A stretch of DNA of 49,369 nt, filler included, from Jimgerdemannia flammicorona (lineage: Eukaryota), in the NCBI GenBank assembly GCA_003990765.1. It is 2 parts of 2 records of this genome, joined end to end, with 100 filler letters (N's around TTAATTAATTAA, not from the genome) between each part and the next. Parts side by side here need not be neighbours in the genome. Positions count along the whole stretch, not along the records: positions 1 to 24,637 come from RBNJ01000948.1; 1 more part is not named here. One strand, written 5' to 3'. Shown here one piece after another: positions 11,569 through 23,729 of the stretch. Position 1 is the stretch's first letter. Each line of letters begins with the position of its first letter. Made by a program: the position numbers and the translations under genes. The notes under the pieces were generated by a model. That model did no database searches and was not told where the DNA came from. It saw only the letters and a list, made by a program, of their open reading frames with translations.

Positions 11569-14500
11569 ATGAGACTACCAATATTCCACAGATATACTTT
11601 AGATAAATCAATCATCACCTTCATTGTTAATTTTAAGCAATATGCTGCTATAAGAACTCTGACAGTAAGGCAGCAAGTAGTATTCATAACTATAACCCAT
11701 GTGAAAAATGATGACAATACTGTGCTGATAGTACAGAAGACCTGGCTTAAAGCTATCTACTATATAGACAAGATCAAGTAAGCTCTAAAGGATCAGCTCA
11801 ATACAATATATCAAGGAATGAGTAAAGATCTAAACACATTCTATATCAGAATTTGATATTAGATAATTTTTATAGATTATAATACTGCTATTAGAGATCA
11901 AGTAGCTAAGATAACCTTTATGAAGAGAGTCTACTCAGAGATAGTCATAGCCATCTGCTCATCACTAGTAGTTCTGGATCTGATATAGAAGGTTATCTAT
12001 ACTCAGTGATATTGAACAGTCAGACATCTACAAGACTATATAATAGAAAGAGTCATAGAGTTAAAATTGAAACACCTAAGGTAACCAGTATAATCTTTAC
12101 CACAGTGATCAATTAAAATATACCTCAACTAAGAGCTACTGAGTAGCAAAGAAACAATGATCTTATGGAGGAACTAGCTAAAAAGTTTGCTAAAATGACT
12201 GCCCACTTAGGAGATGTGGTAAAGGAAATCAGAGAAAGAGATTGCTATCCAGTTTAGAAGTTTGCTACTATCTCAGATAAGAAGAGAGATATCTGCTATA
12301 TTTGTAGAGAAGAAGACTACTACTTATATAAATATATAAGTGAAACTAAGTGCAAGATACAGCTAAGTAATATCACTCAGAATAGAGAACAGGTCAATAT
12401 CATTATCTTTAAAGAAATTAGAGAATCTGATAAAGAAGAATGAGAGGCCTATCCAGAACAGACTACTATGAAGGATATTTATAAAGAACTCTATAAGAGA
12501 CCACCAGAGATTCTTAAGAAGAACTCAGTGGAGAAATAGATGAAAACTGCTACAGAAGGCTAAGCTGAAGAAATAGATCAAGATATAGAGCTTGGGCAAG
12601 TAGTTCAAGATATTATTTGAGGAACTACTTCAGTTCCAGCCAGTAAAGAAGAAAAGAAAAGGAAGCTTTGCAAAATCAAGACCTTTAAGTATAATATCTT
12701 CAAGAATCTTAACTAATAAAAAGTTAATGCAATCTTTGGCCAGCTAGCAGAAATCCCCACATTCAGATAGCAAATAAGATATGGACTTGCTGAGATAACT
12801 AAGAAGCAAGGTTGGAAAATAACTGAGGTCAATAATGTTAAAGAAGACTTAGGAGAAGAAAGTGAAGACAATTGCAAAACCTCTGCCTATATAATCTATC
12901 AAATCAAAGATCAAATCTTTGAGGCCATCATTGACACTAGAGCAGGAGGATGCCTCCTTAGCAAGAAAGCAGCAGACCACCTAGATTGAGAGGTTGAAGA
13001 AGTAATTAAGTTAGTATTTATCACAGTAGATAGAATAAGAATCACATCTCTAGGAAAAATCTGAGATATCTCTATTAAGTTTGGAGGAGCAATCATCTCA
13101 GTAGATATTATTGTAACCAACACAACCATCTATAAAATTCTTATCAGCAACCAATAGCTTTATAAAGCCAGAGTAATAATCAATCTAAATGCTCAGAAAA
13201 TATAGATTCTCATCAATATTAATAAAGAAGTACTCTCTGAAATGAAGGAAGAAGAAAGTGAACAAGAAGAGGCCTAGAGTGACTATCTAGAAAAAGAAGA
13301 AGAAAGTCAGATAGATCAGTGAAGAGGACTGGTGTAAGTGAATTATTGAAGGATATATACTATAAAGAGTCTGCTCTCATGGAATCAAGATGTATTATAT
13401 AGAGTATATTAATAATTACTATTAGTGGATTAGTGGAATCAAGAAGATCTATCATGAAAGAAGACAAAAGGCTCTTGAGAAATAGGCAAGAGAAGAGAAG
13501 AAGGAGGAAGAGAATGACAAACCACCAGCTCTTCTGAAAGACAGTAATGATGAAGAGGAGATCAAGGTCAAGATTCAGAAAATCTACCCTAATATAGTCC
13601 TACCAGAATATAAGTCAGAGAATGTAGCTGGAATGGTATTGCTACAATAGAAGAAACTATACTTGAGCCCTAGATAACTACTCTACTTACAACTTGTCTA
13701 GAGATAACTATTCTAAAAGACTATATCAGAATCCTCAAGACAAGAAGCAGCCTGGCTAAAAGTAAGATTACTATTAAAAGAGAAGTTATTGATTCAGATT
13801 ATATTAGAGAAATACTACTCATTACTGAGAACTACAATCCTATAATTCCATTCCCAATTAAGAAGACAAACTAACTGGTACAGATATTAATCTTCTCAGT
13901 TCTTCAGTCAAAGATTATAGAAGTCAAGAAGTTGGAGAAAATAGAGACGAAAAAGAAGGGATTCAGATCCATAGAAAGAGGAGTATTCACTAGTACTAAG
14001 ATCACTAAACTGGACCACAAGAAGGAGAAAATATACAAACAAGCAAAGTTATACTATAGGAATCAAATTTCTACTCAAGAAGGAACTTGAGAAGATACTT
14101 TATAAATTTAAGAATATTCTGACCACAGATTTTAAGGATATCAAAGAGAAGGCCCCATACTACTATTATGATATAGATATAGAGAATACTGAACCAATCT
14201 ATCAAAAAGCAAGACCAATTCCACTAGCCTACTATGAATAGCTCAAAGAAGAAATCAAGTAGATGGAAGAAACTAGTATTATCAAAGAAATCAGTAGTTC
14301 TTGGGCTTCACCAGTTGCACTAGCTCCAAAAAAAGAAAGTAAATCAGAAGAATTCACTCCAAGGCTCTATACTGATTATAGGAAGCTCAATCTAACTACT
14401 AAGAAGAATTATCAACCACTACTCCTTATCAGTAACATCCTTATGACTCTGAGAGATAAATCACAGTATTATAGTACTTTAGATTTATATTCAGGATTCT

Positions 14501-15497
14501 ATCAAATCAGTCTTACAGAAGCAGTAAGTGAGAAGTGAGCCTTCATCATTTCAGATAGAACTTATATCTATCTGCAAATACTATTCAAAATATGCAATAT
14601 ACCAATAAGCTTCTAGTAAATGATGAACAAAATCTTCTGCTATAATATGAGAAGATGGATGATGGTTTATATGGATGAATTTATCATCTATAATAAAATA
14701 GCTGAAGAATATCTACAGTATATCCAGTAGATGATAGAGAAGCTAAGGAAGTATGACCTATATATTAAGTCCAAAAAGTGTAAGTTCATAGAAATTGAGA
14801 TCTCCTACCTTGGCTATATTATCAATCAAGATGGAATACATACAGATCCTCTCAAGATTCAAGTAGTAGTAATATATCCAAGGCTCACTACTATTACTGA
14901 AGCATAAGTCTTCATGAGACTCATCTTATACTATTATAGATTTATCAAAGAATTTCTCAATATTATAGAACTAATCTATGAACTCAATAAGAAGAATATC
15001 AAGTTCCAATAGACAGACAGACAATAAAAGGCATTTGATGAACTCAAGATCAGGTTGACTCAAGTATCCATTTTCAGAAGATCTGATTAAACTCAAGAAT
15101 TCAGCTTACAGATAAATATAAGTATATAAGAACTAGGAGCAGTCCTAGCTCAGAAGAAAGATAAAATAGAGTATATCATTATATATCTTAGTTGAAGAAT
15201 CTGAGGAGCTAAAAAGAATATGAATCCTATAAGTAGAAATGTTTTGCAGTTATCTGAGTTATAGAAAAGTTCTACTACTATCTTACTAGAAGATACTTCA
15301 CTATCCAGACAGACTATTCAGCCCTTATCTGACTACTGACCATCAGGTAACCCAAAGAAATCTATATCAGATAAATTATAAAGTTACAGGCATATGATGT
15401 AACTATCATATACTAACCTGGAAGAATTAATACTAATGTAGATACCCTATTACAGATATCTTAAAAGACCTCTAACCAACAAATCAATAATGAATAA
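11569..15497 (+). pseudogene. Gag-PR-dUTPase-RT-RH of element C
   Basis: MRLPIFH.. gag start like A; SSSWASPVALAPKK and YRKLN RT motifs; many stops and frameshifts. Confidence 0.85.
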
Positions 15498-16396
15498 GGA
15501 GCTTTACTATAGAATTACCATCTATCTGAGATAGTGAAAGATGCCCCAATATCTAAAAGAATAAATATAAATGATTATCAATAGAATATAGAAACAATTT
15601 AAAACTGATAGAGAAATATTGAAGAAAGGAAAACTACTAGTCATATCCAAATACAAGAAGGAGTAAGCAATAAAATCAGTATATGAACTCAGTCATCTAA
15701 GAGGAACAAATATCTATAAAAAAGTAAAAAGAACAATATGGTGGTCAGAAATAAAGAGAGATATCAGATGATTTGTCAAGACCTGTAACAAATACCAAAA
15801 ACAGAAACAAAATCATTAAATCAGACTCTGAGATCAGCATACATAGAACTAGTACTCTTTGCTCATATAGTAATAAATATAATTGGCCCTCTACTCTTGA
15901 CTTTGACTAGTAACTAATATATCATTATCATTGTAGACTATTTTATAAAATAGATAAAGACAGGATCTCTCAAAGAAGTCAATATATGGTTAATTGCTGA
16001 TTTCTTCTATAAAGAATTATCTGTTAATTCAAGACGTCATTATAAGTAACTACAGACAAAGAAACAGAATTTGTAAACTAGTTCTTTGAGGTTCTCTATA
16101 AGAAGTATAAGATTCTATATATTCAGACTATAGTCTATTACTCTTAAGAAAATAAATAAGTGGAAAGAACCAATAAGACTCTTAAGAATATTATCATCAA
16201 GATTTGCAATAACTATAAAAACTGAGATCACTATCTACCAATCGTATTATCTGCTCTCTAGGATATCTGATCATAAAGTATCTATTTTACACTATCAGAA
16301 ATACTATTTTGAGAAGAAAGTTCTTAAGGAATCCTATTATCCAATAGAGATACTATATTGAAATATATAGATATAGAGATATAGAATTATAAATAA

Positions 16397-16457
<61 letters not shown>

Positions 16458-16768
16458 GAGATATAGAGACTATACTAAATCAGAAAGAAGGCTAAGAATT
16501 ATATAACCAAGATACAGGCACTATAATGAAATAATGCAGAAAAGATTTACAAGCCTTTAGAGATTATCAAGATAAGAGATAAATACCTAGTATATATATC
16601 AGAACATATATAGTAGAAGCTTCATAGTCATAAAAGTTAAAGCCTAAGTGGGAAGAATCTTATCTTATATAAGATATAAAAGAAACCACCTTTTAGCTAT
16701 AAAAACTCTCCAATACAATCATCTCTACTATTATTTACTAAAACTGACTCAAGAAGTATCATAGCTAA
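15490..16768 (+). pseudogene. integrase of element C (separate frame)
   Basis: MNKELYY start, WWSE..CNK region, IGPL, VDYF, TTDKETEF. Confidence 0.8.
16371..16467 (+). mobile_element. ultra-truncated poly(A) retroposon insertion with 15-bp TSD
   Basis: ATATAGAGATATAGA (16371-16385) + ATTATAAATAAAT + A-run + ATATAGAGATATAGA (16453-16467). Confidence 0.85.
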
Positions 16769-16939
16769 TTAATAAAGTACTGCTGCAGCTCTCAAGATCA
16801 CTAGTACTATACATATAATGAGCCATAAAAAGACAATGGTATATAGTGCTCCAAATGAGTCAATTTGAATTAAATCCAGATTCAATTTGTTATATGATAG
16901 TTTGATCTGAATCTCAAATCTGAAGCAATCTGAATCAAC

Positions 16940-17210
16940 TCAGATTAATCTGAATTCACCCTATCTGAATTGTCCCATCTGAATCACCCATCTGAATCAT
17001 CTATCCAAATCACCCCATTTGAATCATCCCATCTGAACTACCTCATCTGAATCACCCAATCCAAACTACCCAATCTAAATCACTCAATCCAAATCACTCA
17101 ATCTAAATCACTCAATCCAAATCACTCAATCTGAATCCTCCAATTCGAATTCTTCAATCCGAATCCTCATCCAAATCCTTCAATCAAATTCTCTAATCTG
17201 AATCCTCCAC
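16940..17210. repeat. hAT subterminal 13-15-bp tandem repeats (ancestral ATCCGAATCGCCCC)
   Basis: Roughly 18 copies of ATCYRAATCACYC; unmutated version at 24592-24637. Confidence 0.85.
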
Positions 17211-17977
17211 ATAACTCATATGCTAGATATATCTATATATAATATATATATATACAAATATACATATATACATACAAACACATAAACACACATGTTGACA
17301 GATCAGTCTTCAACAGTTTATAGTACTAATGATGCTTCAAGTCAAATATCTTTGATAGTTCTACATCTTCCACAAAATCCTTGCTCCAAAATCTGATAAT
17401 ATTGTGCTAAGACAGAAGATGATGTTGTTTGTAACTATTGTAGATAAAAAATTAAGATGCATCTATTGATATAACTGATACTTTTTGTTTGATACATATA
17501 TAATACTGTTTCATCTACCCCCATAAACTGCATTAGCCAGAAGTTCAAAATGCTTGATGGTATGACTTCAAATATATATTGATATATAAAAGACAAGCAC
17601 TCTGGACAAAATCAAAAAGAACATAGAGATAAATAAAATTGACATCCAAGCTATAGTAAGTATATTTATCTAATTGCCTAACTATTTCTGTATCAACAAC
17701 CCCATTTAATCAAAAATATTTAGCCATACTCTTTAGCAGAATATCAAAATTAGCTCATTTGCTAGATTGTGTATACAGACCAGCTATTCACAACCATTGA
17801 GAGTGATCAATTGCATAGTATCTTTGGCCTCCTCAAGCATGATTTATATTTGTTAAGTACTGATACTATTTGCAAAGATATCCTGGAGGCCTATAGAAAG
17901 GAGCATGACAATCTCCACCAGATACTTCAGATAAAATAAGAGCAGTACTATAGACCTTTGCAAGTTGAATTATATAT

Positions 17978-19469
17978 TGTAACAGTGACCCCAGAATGAT
18001 GACATCAGCACTGGAGACAGCCTTTTCTTGCAAGCCACCAGATCAGAGCACAAGAAGATCATATAGCATATGAGATGAGCAATGATGACCAACTGTGAGT
18101 TATTGTGACCACAGCATAAGCATCCTGAAGAATATAAAAGAAGGATCAAGGAACTGTAGTAGCAGCAACAAATAAGAACCACCAATCCCAAAATAGCTCA
18201 AAGACTTACCACAAACAAAATGTCTGCTGCCTGCCAAACCTCAAGGTCAAGGAATCACCAAGGTATCTCGATCAAGGAAAGGATATTCCAAGACATCAGA
18301 AGAGCCATGAGGACCCACTCAAAAAGAACTCCTAGTGTCAACCTGGGTACTGCAGACCCTTATCACTTTATTCTCTACTGCCGTGAAATGGAAATAAGGA
18401 TCACTATTACTACTGAATGTCTCCAAATGTAGCAGGAGTATAAAATAGGAAACCTCCTCTGCCAGGAGTTCCCACAAGCCAGTACCCAAGAGCTACAAGA
18501 TGCCACTCCCATGGATATATGCAAAACAAGGATAGCTAAGAAGATCCATCAGATCTTCGGGCATGCACTATAGTCGATCCTCAACTTAGAGTATGTTAGA
18601 GTCTCAGACTTCAGAGACCTATCATTCTGCTGTATCAATGCACTAGAAGCCAGAGTGGCTACAGAAGCCTGGTCCACTATCACCCTCGATAGTGAAGAAG
18701 TAGAAGACTTCTGGTACCCTATCCTTCAGGATAACCCAGACCAATTCCTGCAAGGATTGATCTCAGTATTCCAAGGCCCAAGCATCCAGATTAGACCTCC
18801 CCAAGATCCCACATTTGTTCCCTATTTTGTGGAAGAGAACCTCATAGACTGGAGAGCTCCAGATCTTGTTCCCAATTTTCCCGCCATAGCCAAATGTAAT
18901 GATGTCATCCTGCGTGACATCGACATATACAAGACACATAATGAAGTACATGAAAATGATGAATTCACAGATCTCATCTCCTTCAGTAATGATGATGACA
19001 AGGATGAAGCTCCTATGGTCCTGAACTTTCTGCTCTAAGTTCTGTGTTACACTGGATAATGCCAGCACTGGTATTCTCATATAACACTGGATAATGCCAG
19101 TACCAGCATTTTGATGTGACACTAAATAATGCCAGTATTCTGAACCTGTACAACCATCAGTACCGACTCTGGAACTTAGTAGTTTTAGTTATTGGAATTT
19201 ATATTTAGCTTTATATCTTAGCAACCATTGAATTGTATTTTGTATAAATACCCTTCTTATTTCCTCTAAAATAAAGTCAGTTCCTCTCAGTACAATACAC
19301 ACACTTCCTTGTAAGCAATCTAAGAGATAACAAGACAGTTAAAGATAAGAAGTTTGAGGACTATAAGACCTTGGGAAGGCACTCCAATAAGAACTTGCTT
19401 ATAATAACTTGAGTTAGTCTAAGAAGAGAATCTGGCGTATTTGAAGGACTCAGCAATCACTACGTGACA
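17978..19469 (+). mobile_element. solo LTR of family A with ATAT target-site duplication
   Basis: TGTAACAGTGA...TCACTACGTGACA with ATAT on both sides; no PBS or PPT adjacent; hAT transposase continues on both flanks. Confidence 0.93.
18220..19038 (+). pseudogene. U3 ORF in the solo LTR (273 codons, no frameshift)
   Basis: Only two in-frame stops (18430, 18571), both TAG where copy A2 has TGG. Confidence 0.8.
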
Positions 19470-21059
19470 ATATATATATTTATAAAGAGCTTACCAATTT
19501 AACCTCACATTCAATAAGTAGAATTTGGCAGGCAAAATTTTATTTATAATTGACACATAGATATCTCCCAATGCAATTTCATTTCTGGGCATTATCAGTA
19601 ATTGGATTGATCTTAATTAGTAGCTTAAATCTCTCACTCTTGACTTCATCAAACTTGCTGACCCTTATTCTAGAGAAAATATCACAGATACTTTTATTAG
19701 TTATATCTGGAAGCTTGGGATCACAACCAAGGTAAAAAGGGGGGATTGCCATCAGATCAGTATTTTGAGAGAGATCCTAAAACAAACAGATTTTATTGGT
19801 TATTTATTTTCACTCAAGTACAGATTTTGGCCATTATGACAGACAATATTACAAACAACTTAACATTTTTTGAAGTTTTAGCAGATAGCCTCAAATAGGA
19901 AAATGTGACCTTCAGTACAGAAAGCTATTATGTATAATGTCAGGCCCATATACTAAACCTCACTGTTCAGGACTATCTTATATATATAGACAAAACATCC
20001 AAGAGAGGAGGGGCCTAGAGTATAGTTTCTAAGCTACACAAACTGGTTGTATGTATCAGTCCAATTATCTCCACAATGATGAGACAAATTCACTATACAG
20101 TATAGGACAATCAGTTTAGCTCTGAATGAGCTGATATTGGATATCTGTATGTGTTGGAACTCAACATTTGCAATGATTCAGTGTGTGCTGGAGTTTGCTA
20201 TAGTATGTGTTCTTTTTTTTTTTCAGTCAGCTGAAGCAACTTATTTCAGATGATTGAGGATTTTATTTATTTTTTTGTAAACAAAAAAACAAAACAAACC
20301 AATAGATTCAACAGTTGCTACCAACAAAGAAATGTAGAGTGAGGTACTAGGTGAAAGTGAGTGGGATGTACTTAGGAATATAGTCAGAGTTTTGAAAGTA
20401 AGTAGTGATTGCTCTAGCCCCATACTTATTTTGTCTGCCTCTATATAATATAATACCTCACTACACATAACTGACAGTGTTTTGATGATTATACAAAGGA
20501 TATAGTCAAACAAATGACCCTGACAATAAGCTCTGCAATACCAGTATACAACCTTTTGATTGACCAGCTAGAGGACAAGCTCAAGGACAGGCTGGTGGGT
20601 TGTGGTAATTTATGGTTAAGCTTAGATCAGAGAGATACCATGGAGATTACTCTAAGCAAGTTTAGAAAATACTACTCCAAAACAGATACTGCTGTATACT
20701 CAATCAGTATAGGTATATTGGTGTGTGGCTGTTACCTCTTCCAAACAGAGAAATCTCTACAAAAACTCACTCTATTTTCTCTAAACAGTACTGGACCCAT
20801 ACTTAAAGCTATAATACTATAAAGATCAGAGCTGGGAGCAGCACTTCATTGAGGAAACCAAGCAGACTATAATTAAAATGTATCAGAAAAACTACATGCT
20901 ACTGCAAGGTTCTGGCTGAAGTCTGAATGAATATACCAAGAAATCCCTCCTGTCTCACATTTACTTCAGTAGAAAGAAGAAGAGAGAGCTATCAGTAGAA
21001 GAGCTGCCATCAATAGATGAACTCACTATTTATCTTACCAGCAATCACATGATTCTGCT

Positions 21060-22375
21060 GGAACCAGTATACATTCAGAATCACCACCCGCCCCACCAGG
21101 GAAATGTGATGACCCCCCCAACCTTTTAGAGCCTCCCCCCAAATGTCCACTCTCCTCTCCTACCACACCTATGGCAGGACTGATCTATATACAGAGAGGA
21201 AGATACCGAGATACTGCACCACCTCTCTTGTGGGGACAATTATTCCAATGACATCCCCTCCCATTAGCCCATTTCCCAACATCATTGTCTCACATTTATG
21301 CTAGTTGAGCCTTGCTCCAGAGTGTGCCTCATACCACTCCACTGTTTCCCGAAGAGCCTCTACATCTGCTACTAATCTAAGTCCAACTACCATATTATCT
21401 GCAAAGGCCCCCACCTTCCACTCCACACCATACACAGAGAGCCCAGCCACCCTCCTACGGATCCTATCCATTAAAGGTTCCAAGGAGAGTGCAAAAAGAA
21501 TAGGGGACAGCAGGTCCCCTTGAGGGACTCCCCTCCCCAAGGGGAACACCAAACCCCTGTGACCATTACACAACAGCGCTGCTCTACTCCCTTCCAACAA
21601 ACTTAACATAGAGGCCTGAAACTGTGGCGGAACACCAATTCTGTCCAGCACCTTGTCCAGCCAAACCCACCAAACACAGTCGTAGGCCTTCTCCTGGTCC
21701 AAAAAAACCAGTCTACCATCCAGTCCACAGGCCTGGGCTCCTTCAATAATGTCATGCACCCAGGCAGTTCCATCTCTGATAAGCCTACTGCCTACAAAGC
21801 CCTGCTGCTTCTCACCCAGCACCTGTTGGGCAACCTTCTGTAGCCTCACAACAATCACCTTAGTCACCAACTTCTGATCCATATCCAGAAGCATGATTGG
21901 TCTCCAATTCTTCCAATTCTCACACCTGCTCTTATCTTTGTACAATAGTGCCACCAGCCCTAAGTCCTGCTCCCCAACCCACATGCCATTTAGAATAACA
22001 TAGTCACAGAGGGCAGCCATCTCTTCCAGTATTCCAGGGACTTTTGCCATCTTCTTCCAGAAGTCCCATGGTAACTCATCCTCCCCAGGTGCTGTCCCAA
22101 GCTTAGTTGCTGCCAGAACTCCTTGAATCTCCTCCTCTTGGACTGGTAAGATCAGATCACCCAGTCCCTCTACCTGCAGTGGCTCCCACTCCTCCAGTGT
22201 GCTACCAATCACCTCTGCATCAGTACCCCCTTCTTCCTCACTCCACAGACCCCGCCAATTCTCCTTCAATACTCCCAGGATCTGCTGCATACCATGCACC
22301 AACTCTCCCTCAGCATCAAAGACCCCATCTCACTGATGTCTCACTCACCTGGCTTTGAGGAGCCTAGACAAGTAC
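21060..22375 (-). mobile_element. internal RT fragment of an L1/Tx1-like LINE
   Basis: 333-aa ORF with APGEDELP, NWRPIMLL, QQGFV, FLDQEKAYD, GVPQGDLLSPILF, FADN; diverged relative of 24738-30605; no poly(A). Confidence 0.9.
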
Positions 22376-23589
22376 TGTAAGAGGGTTGCTTTTTAGGATA
22401 ACCATTACATAGTTCTGGAAAGGTTTTCTGGAGGTTCTGGATATTCTAGAAGACTGTTTTCTTATGGTCAAGATCAATTTCATATGGAGTACGTCCTCTA
22501 TGCTTATTGATTTCAAGATCGGGTTGATGTCTCAACCAAAGTCCTTTTTCGGACTAGTTCTGGATGTTCAGGATTTTCCGTATTTCAGGAAGTTCAAGAA
22601 ACTAAGACCAGCTTTGTTGAATTGGTGTATTGCTGCAGACAGTACCCAATTAGGAAATTTCATGACAGTGGTCATTGTCCCAATAAGTCTCATATGTAGT
22701 TATGAACTGTTGTAAGTTCATTGGCAAGGTTGGCGGAGTGATCAGGGTTGGCAGAGATCCTTGGCTAGAGGTCATGTTGGCATCAGAGGGATCATTGTCT
22801 TCTGCTTTATCTTCATCGAAGTGGATTATATCGTAGATATCCTTCATGGCGTATCCTACTTAGGGCATTTGCAGGATTTGATCATTGGGGTGTGGGAAGG
22901 TTCTGTCTGTGGTTTTGATGTACTCAAGGTACTTGTGGTTGAGTTCTTGTATCACATCATCGATTTGGCCATAGGACAGGGTAGCAACCATTTCACTGAT
23001 AGTAACTCGGAGGTGGGGAATAATGGTACTGTACTCATAGAAGAGTTCTCGATGTTTGCAGGTGATGAGCTTCTGGTGTTGAGACATCTGGATAATATCT
23101 GTATCGTGGTGGTGTTCGACCATGTCTTCCAGGAGGTGGCTGATCTGGTAGTAGCTTGAGATTTGTCTGATTCGGTGGGCCTCGCTAAGCATGTTCAGAG
23201 CATTCCATCGGGCTTCTATGAAGTAGAGGGGTGCTAGGCTATGGATATTCATGAGGGGCAGAGGGGGTGTGGCTTGGTTGACAATGGCATTCCAAATGTC
23301 AGCATGGATATGGTTGTAGATCTCAGTGGTCATATTTGTGTGTTTGGAAGTTGTGGTTGTTGTTTGTTTTGGTTCTCTGATTCGACGCATCTTGGTGCTC
23401 GGTATATATGCATTTGGTCCTAATTGGTAAGGTTCCGTTTGTGTAAATCTTGTGTTCCGTGACTTCATATTGACTCATCTTTGTGCACTGTGACTTTGGT
23501 TTGACTCAGCTTCGTGATCAAGCAGGTGATTTCCAGATTTGTTTGGAGGTCACGTGTAATTTCGGTGGCTTGGAGGTTGTGCGCTTACA
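22376..23589 (-). repeat. 3' LTR of B2 with ~820-bp internal deletion
   Basis: TGTAAG...CTTACA termini; junction near 22660 joins positions equivalent to ~34213 and ~35035. Confidence 0.88.
22650..23333 (-). pseudogene. N-terminal part of the family B U3 ORF
   Basis: ORF-track 22860-23468 and 22650-22847 are in one frame; ATG at 23333 is conserved in all three B LTRs. Confidence 0.75.
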
Positions 23590-23729
23590 ACTCTCCCCTT
23601 CTTAGCTTTCGACGTCCTTGTCAGGGCCTTCTAATTTTGTTCTGCTGAGTTCTTGGTTTGGTTTGCAATAATTATAATGTTTGGGAGGATAATATATAGT
23701 ATGTACAGATAGGTGTGGAATATTTGGTT

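Larger units (their letters stand above)
10987..16843 (+). mobile_element. old, heavily decayed Ty3/Gypsy element C related to family A; 3' LTR not visible
   Basis: Same PBS/leader as A in degenerate form (11449-11500); gag, PR FEAIIDTRAGG, dUTPase ~13560-13980, RT, RH and IN colinear with A; ends at the hAT TIR. Confidence 0.88.
16844..21035 (+). mobile_element. hAT DNA transposon D1 (left end plus transposase, right end missing)
   Basis: Terminus TAGTGCTCCAAA shared with 24487, subterminal repeats, hAT transposase motifs. Confidence 0.87.
17340..21035 (+). pseudogene. intron-containing hAT transposase pseudogene
   Basis: BED-like CNYC..GMTSN..KH; DQLFTTIE; GKI.F.ID..ISPN..FLGI..WID; TDNITNN; CQAHILNL; LILD...WNST; KFRKYY; VLDP; GT-AG introns 19732-19823 and 20713-20788 restore frame; lacks the C-terminal dimerisation domain. 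Confidence 0.85.

Noticed and set aside
16940..17210. Telomere- or CRISPR-like short repeats
   Set aside because: Adjacent to a hAT terminus in two copies, so subterminal repeats
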